Made by a program: the position numbers and the translations under genes
The notes under the pieces: model-generated
What the model was told of the DNA's origin: nothing
Databases searched by the model: none
What the model saw: only the letters and a program-made list of their open reading frames with translations
Shown here: one piece after another, positions 59,369 through 64,000 of the stretch
How the letters are laid out: the number at the start of each line of letters is the position of its first letter
Numbering within the stretch: the first letter of the stretch is position 1
Origin: Acanthaster planci
Taxonomy: Eukaryota
NCBI RefSeq assembly: GCF_001949145.1
Contig: NW_019091360.1
Location: 1,671,599 to 1,735,598 of the forward strand
DNA: 64,000 bases
Direction of reading: 5' to 3'

Positions 59369-62321
59369 CCCTTTCTGACCTTCCTGAATTCATTGCTCCA
59401 CCGGTCACAAGTACAACCAATGTAACATTGATGCAGCCCACCAACCTGCATTGTGTTCCCTAATGGCCACCAGCAGCGAAGTGGAGCAGGTGTACGCTGA
59501 CCTCATCTGGTTCCTGGACCTCCGTTGATGGCCACTGATAATGATGGTAGACTGCTGTGGCTGTGCTAGGCACTCTTGGAGTTCTAAAAAGCAATTAAAA
59601 AATAAAGAAATTCATGTACAAAATGTTTTGAGAATGAAGTATGCAATCACAACCAGATGTAAAACTTGTCCACACAATTTGGTTCTTTTTTAACTTTCAT
59701 TAAAGACACGAAGTATATAATACTTAAGATTTACATTTGAAATGCATGTACATGTAATTTGAAAACCTAGATACAAACCGGGAAGGCAATTTGTCAGTGT
59801 TTAAGCTTTTCTTATCTGCACACTTCAGATCAAACATCAGGTACATATTGGGATACATATACATTTCCTTCCTCCATGATACACTACAGAAATGTGCTGG
59901 CTTTTTGGATGCTGCTTTTTCACTATTGAAGACCTGGCTAGGTCTTATTATGTAACAAGCCATGGACCAGAAGCAAGGGCATTGCTCAAGCATTATCTGC
60001 AAGCAGCTTGACAGCCCTCATTAGCCATGCAGGTCAAATTTGAATTTGAGTGGTGGAAAAGGTCACTGGACATGCTCAATTCTGCCAGCAAACCCTTACT
60101 TTTGAAGTTGACAGCATTTGGCAACCGTGAATGCTGCAAGGTGCAGATAACCATATCAAAAAACATTTTGGCGGGATGGGTGGTGGGCGAGTAAGTGAGC
60201 AAGTTGGAATGAAAAGGAAAAAAAATTTTTAAAAAGGGTCAGAAAGAAACAAAAAATTCTGAACGCAAGCAAAAATTACCTTTCTGGGAGGATAAAAAAC
60301 ATAGTGTACATGCTCAATTCTGCCAGCAAACCCCTACTTTCCATAACTTTTGCAGTTCACAGCATTTGGCAACCGTGAATGCTGTAAGGTGCTGATAACT
60401 ACATAAGAATACATTTTGGTAGGTTGGGTGGTGGGTGTGTACGTGAGGAAGTTGGAGAGAAAAGGGGAAAATTTTCCAACAAAAGCAAACAGGTAAAAAA
60501 TAACTGGAAGAAAGGTGAAAAAAAAAGTGAACGGAACCAATTTTTTCCCCAAAGTAAAAATAACTGACACCTTCCATAGATATCACGTACATGTAGCCTC
60601 CTGGCTGACTTGAAATGAAGCACAAGATTTTCAGACCAATTTTTTTTAGGGGTGAGATTGGAGGCAAAAAATCACAAAATAGCCAAACAATGTTTGTTAT
60701 AATAGCCCAACTACCAATACATGTACCTAGGCCAGTACTATAAATTTGCATTTGTCTCGACTACACGTATAGTGACCTGAAATCTTCCTTTTTCTTTTTT
60801 TACAATGTGCAAAAGAGGAGAACACCTCTCAGTACGGTACAATGCTGATGAAATGAACACAATGGGGTCAACACAGACTGCTCTGTACAGCGGTAACTCA
60901 GCATTTTGGTATACATGTATATGTATATGGTGCCTTGTGGAGACCCAGGAAAATTGGTTGAATAGGTCTCCACAAGGAATTTCTAAAGGTGAAGAGGTCT
61001 CCTCAAGGATTTCGTGAAACTGATAATCGCTCAAAAAGGATCAATTTTTTTCTTAAGTGTAAGAATCTGTCGCAAATTGAAGTGTTTCAAATGAGGGACA
61101 TCCGGTCTAACCTTCAGCCCAGGAGAGTGATTCACGTTGAAATGGGAGCATTTTGAAAACATCGTTTCACACGCGACCGAATTAGTACTGGCGAACAAAG
61201 CCGTGTCTCCACAAGGACACAAATTTCGGAATATGTGTAGTGATCTGTTTTCAGCTGCTGATGCACCTGTTCCCAGCTCTGGCCTGCTCAAACGTTTGCC
61301 GGCCCGCCCTGTTTTGTGCACGAAGATTGAAAATGTTCCTCAAGTCTCACCAAAACTGTTCTCTTCCCTCCATCTACGTTTTGGGCAGTGTCCACTAAAA
61401 CTCCAATCGCGAAGTGAAATCAAATTTCCTGGAGTCATTGCTTAAAAGGTTCACGTGATACATAGTATGTACATTGGAACTATGAATAGATGGACCAATA
61501 ACCAATGAAGTTGGCAACCTATATGTAAGAAATGTCGGCTCAGGCAAGAATTGTTGAAAAAATTTAAACTGCGGAGTATCTGATGAATCTTTTTGAGGTG
61601 AGTCACAAAAGCTAAGTTTTCTACACGTACGTATGTATTTTGTTTTAATTTTGGGAGGTCAAAATCCTTGTCTTTGCAGTGGGGAAAAAACCCAGCGTTT
61701 CCGCGTAAGAGTTGCCCATGTTGCACGGTACTTGGCAGTTGGTTTACACGACCACTGCGCATGAATGTACATTGTCCACAATGACACTGGCCATACTTCA
61801 TGTTTCTGGTGTTCCTTTGCAAGGTTTTCCTCAATCAGTTGCTGTCATCAGTCCTGAATATATTTCTTTTATTTTAAGCACATTTTCGATATGTGGTAAA
61901 AGTGTATGGAACATTTGAAAGCTAAGGGCAATGTCTAGTGTACATACATGTACATACCAGTAAGCACCTGATGGTTCAGTGTACATGCACCAGTGTTCAG
62001 TACAGTGGCACTGCACATTTTATTTTTGTGGAACCAGTGAGTCCGAGCTTCCAGGAAGCCAGATTGGAGAATGGTACCCATCTCATCCTACAACCCTGTG
62101 ACCCGGGTTCGGAGCTCAACAACGGCAGCTAACATAAGGAGTGGAGTGAGGAGTCAGAAATACACACTGGAGTGAACAAAACCTCTTGAAATTGGCCAGA
62201 AAATCATGTGCTCTTATTCGAATGAAGAAACTTACTTTTTTGAAAAGCCCAAGAACTCTTGTTCAACGTGGACAGGGCCAACCCTTCAGAGGGCGTCTAT
62301 GAAGGCGGTGTCTCCATCAAC
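59369..62321 (-). ncRNA. Convergent paralogue, exons A' 62321-62236, B'' 60381-60338, B' 60133-60100, C' 59583-59369
   Basis: Reverse-complement homology to 54037-55902 with conserved AG and GTAAGT/GTAAGG/GTGAGT sites; A' has stops in all three frames. Confidence 0.45.
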
Positions 62322-64000
62322 CTGAGGGAAAATAAAAATAAAAAACTTGCGTGATTATTGATAATTTCATGGTGGACAAGAAATAAGCTACACCCTGAAG
62401 CCTGTGCTGCACCTTTGTGGATCTTTCCAAAGTGCACCTCAGCAGGAAAACTGAAGGAAATCCAGAATAATATTCCACCCTGCTCAGACATCCTTAAATC
62501 TGAGTGTATATTTAATAAAACCCAGATCAGCCTAGACAAGAATTTATAAATCTTCAAAGATGCTACTTACTTTTAGCATTTTCTGGGTGCCAAAAAGTGA
62601 CACGACACCTGTATATAGACTAAAACTTGAGTTTCCTTCATTTTGCCCCCCCCCCAAGAAATTCAGAAATGTTTGATCAGGGTGCATATAAAGTCGATTT
62701 AGCTGAATATGACAGGGCCAAGAGTCTGGATCGGCACATAGAAACCTTAACTCAAACGTAAAAAGTAATTTCAGTTTTATTCGCATGCGATCAATGTGGT
62801 CTCTTTGCCAAAAGAAAAATGAGGTTTGGATATCGGATCATAATTTAGTTCCCGAATGTTATGAAGGCTGTGCAGATGCCAAATTGTTACAATCACAATT
62901 ACTGCCAAAAAACACTACAATATTAAATTTTATTGCCATAAAAATTGTGAGAGTTTTTAATTCTCCTTTTACAACCCTTGCACAGCTGTGTTGCAGTTTT
63001 AGTCCGCTATCTGAAGTCATTCGACTGCACCACACTGAGCACAGAGCATGACCGGTACCCATTGAACACCTGATATACAGCAGATTGTACAAAATGTGAG
63101 CCATTACACAACAATGAACTTAGAGGGGTCCTTGTTTCCTGAAGTGAACGGCACTGAATTAATTCCCAATGTTGGATGAAATGAGGGGAGTCGTGACTGG
63201 AACACCAAGGATCTTCATCCTATTAAGAAATACTTTGCAGTCTAGTCCGTCGGCTTTTTTGACGGACATGAAAAGCCTGTAAATCCTAGCCACCTGGTAA
63301 TTAAAACAGCAAGTATACATGTAATAGTGAAATTCCTGCTACAATTTTTGAACAGATTCGTAAGTGGTGAAAGATGATAATAGTTACATATTGCAAACCA
63401 TAAGCACCAATGAAAAGAGATGTCTCACAGATTATCAGGTCCTGCAGTCAGCAGCTTTGAATGTCATTCCAATTAAAAACCAGCAAGTAAAATCAAGTAA
63501 AAACAGGAGCTTAAAAGGATCCAAGAAAGGATCCCAGACCATCATCCATTCAAAACTTGAACTATCGCATATTGATCAAGTGCGGTATATTTTGATAAAC
63601 CCAGGTCCAAAGCACTGATGAAAAGGACTTTCAGACATTCATCACTGTTTTATGGTGACATTTCAGAAATGTTTTAGTGCCTTATGGGCTGTTTGTATAC
63701 AGTATTTATGAGCCCCTTTAGGGACGTGCAACCCTTCGAGATATTTCTCTTCGTACTGAGGTTTGTCAACAGAAAATTTGTCAAACTAAATAATGTTCTA
63801 AAAAAGAAAACCACTCGAGATGTAAATTGCAGTTTGTGCTGGAAATCAAATACCCTGAGTTTTTAAATTTGATGTCATTTTGAGCGGGGATATCTCCAAA
63901 ACTAGCAGCATAAAAGCGCCTGAAAAAAAAAGGTCATGTGGCAAACATGGGCCCGTCCTATCACGTTCAATAATTTTGGGAAGAATGATTTCTAAATGAA

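Larger units (their letters stand above)
53920..62450. repeat. Nested inverted duplication (quasi-palindrome) centred at ~57650
   Basis: 53920-54290 vs 62065-62450; 55030-56441 vs 58823-60225; 56915-57190 vs 57965-58240. Confidence 0.9.

Overview
Eukaryotic (metazoan) genomic DNA with two assembly gaps (46673-47238, 57334-57431). Bases 185-36799 (+) hold most of an intron-rich EGFR/ErbB receptor tyrosine kinase gene; the exons for the signal peptide and domain I lie upstream of the window. I reconstructed 26 in-phase GT-AG exons by hand (about 1318 aa): Cys-rich domain II, L2/domain III, an extended Cys-rich domain IV(+V), a TM helix, an intact kinase and a Tyr-rich tail ending in ETSI*. A 3' UTR probably runs to about 40.7 kb. 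The main finding is a tandemly duplicated exon for the C-terminal half of ligand-binding domain III (6695-6909 and 7365-7558, about 40% aa identity). Both copies are intact and their phases allow exactly one per mRNA, which suggests an FGFR-IIIb/IIIc-like ligand-specificity switch in an EGFR. A weaker second duplicated-exon candidate lies at 22832-22921. Downstream (41-62.5 kb) there is no long ORF. Instead there is a family of duplicated small exons that keep splice sites but not reading frame, partly arranged as an ~8 kb nested palindrome centred near 57.65 kb. Introns carry many MITEs, SINE remnants and minisatellites. The organism cannot be determined; an invertebrate deuterostome such as an echinoderm is my inference. 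All alignments and counts were made by eye and no databases were searched.
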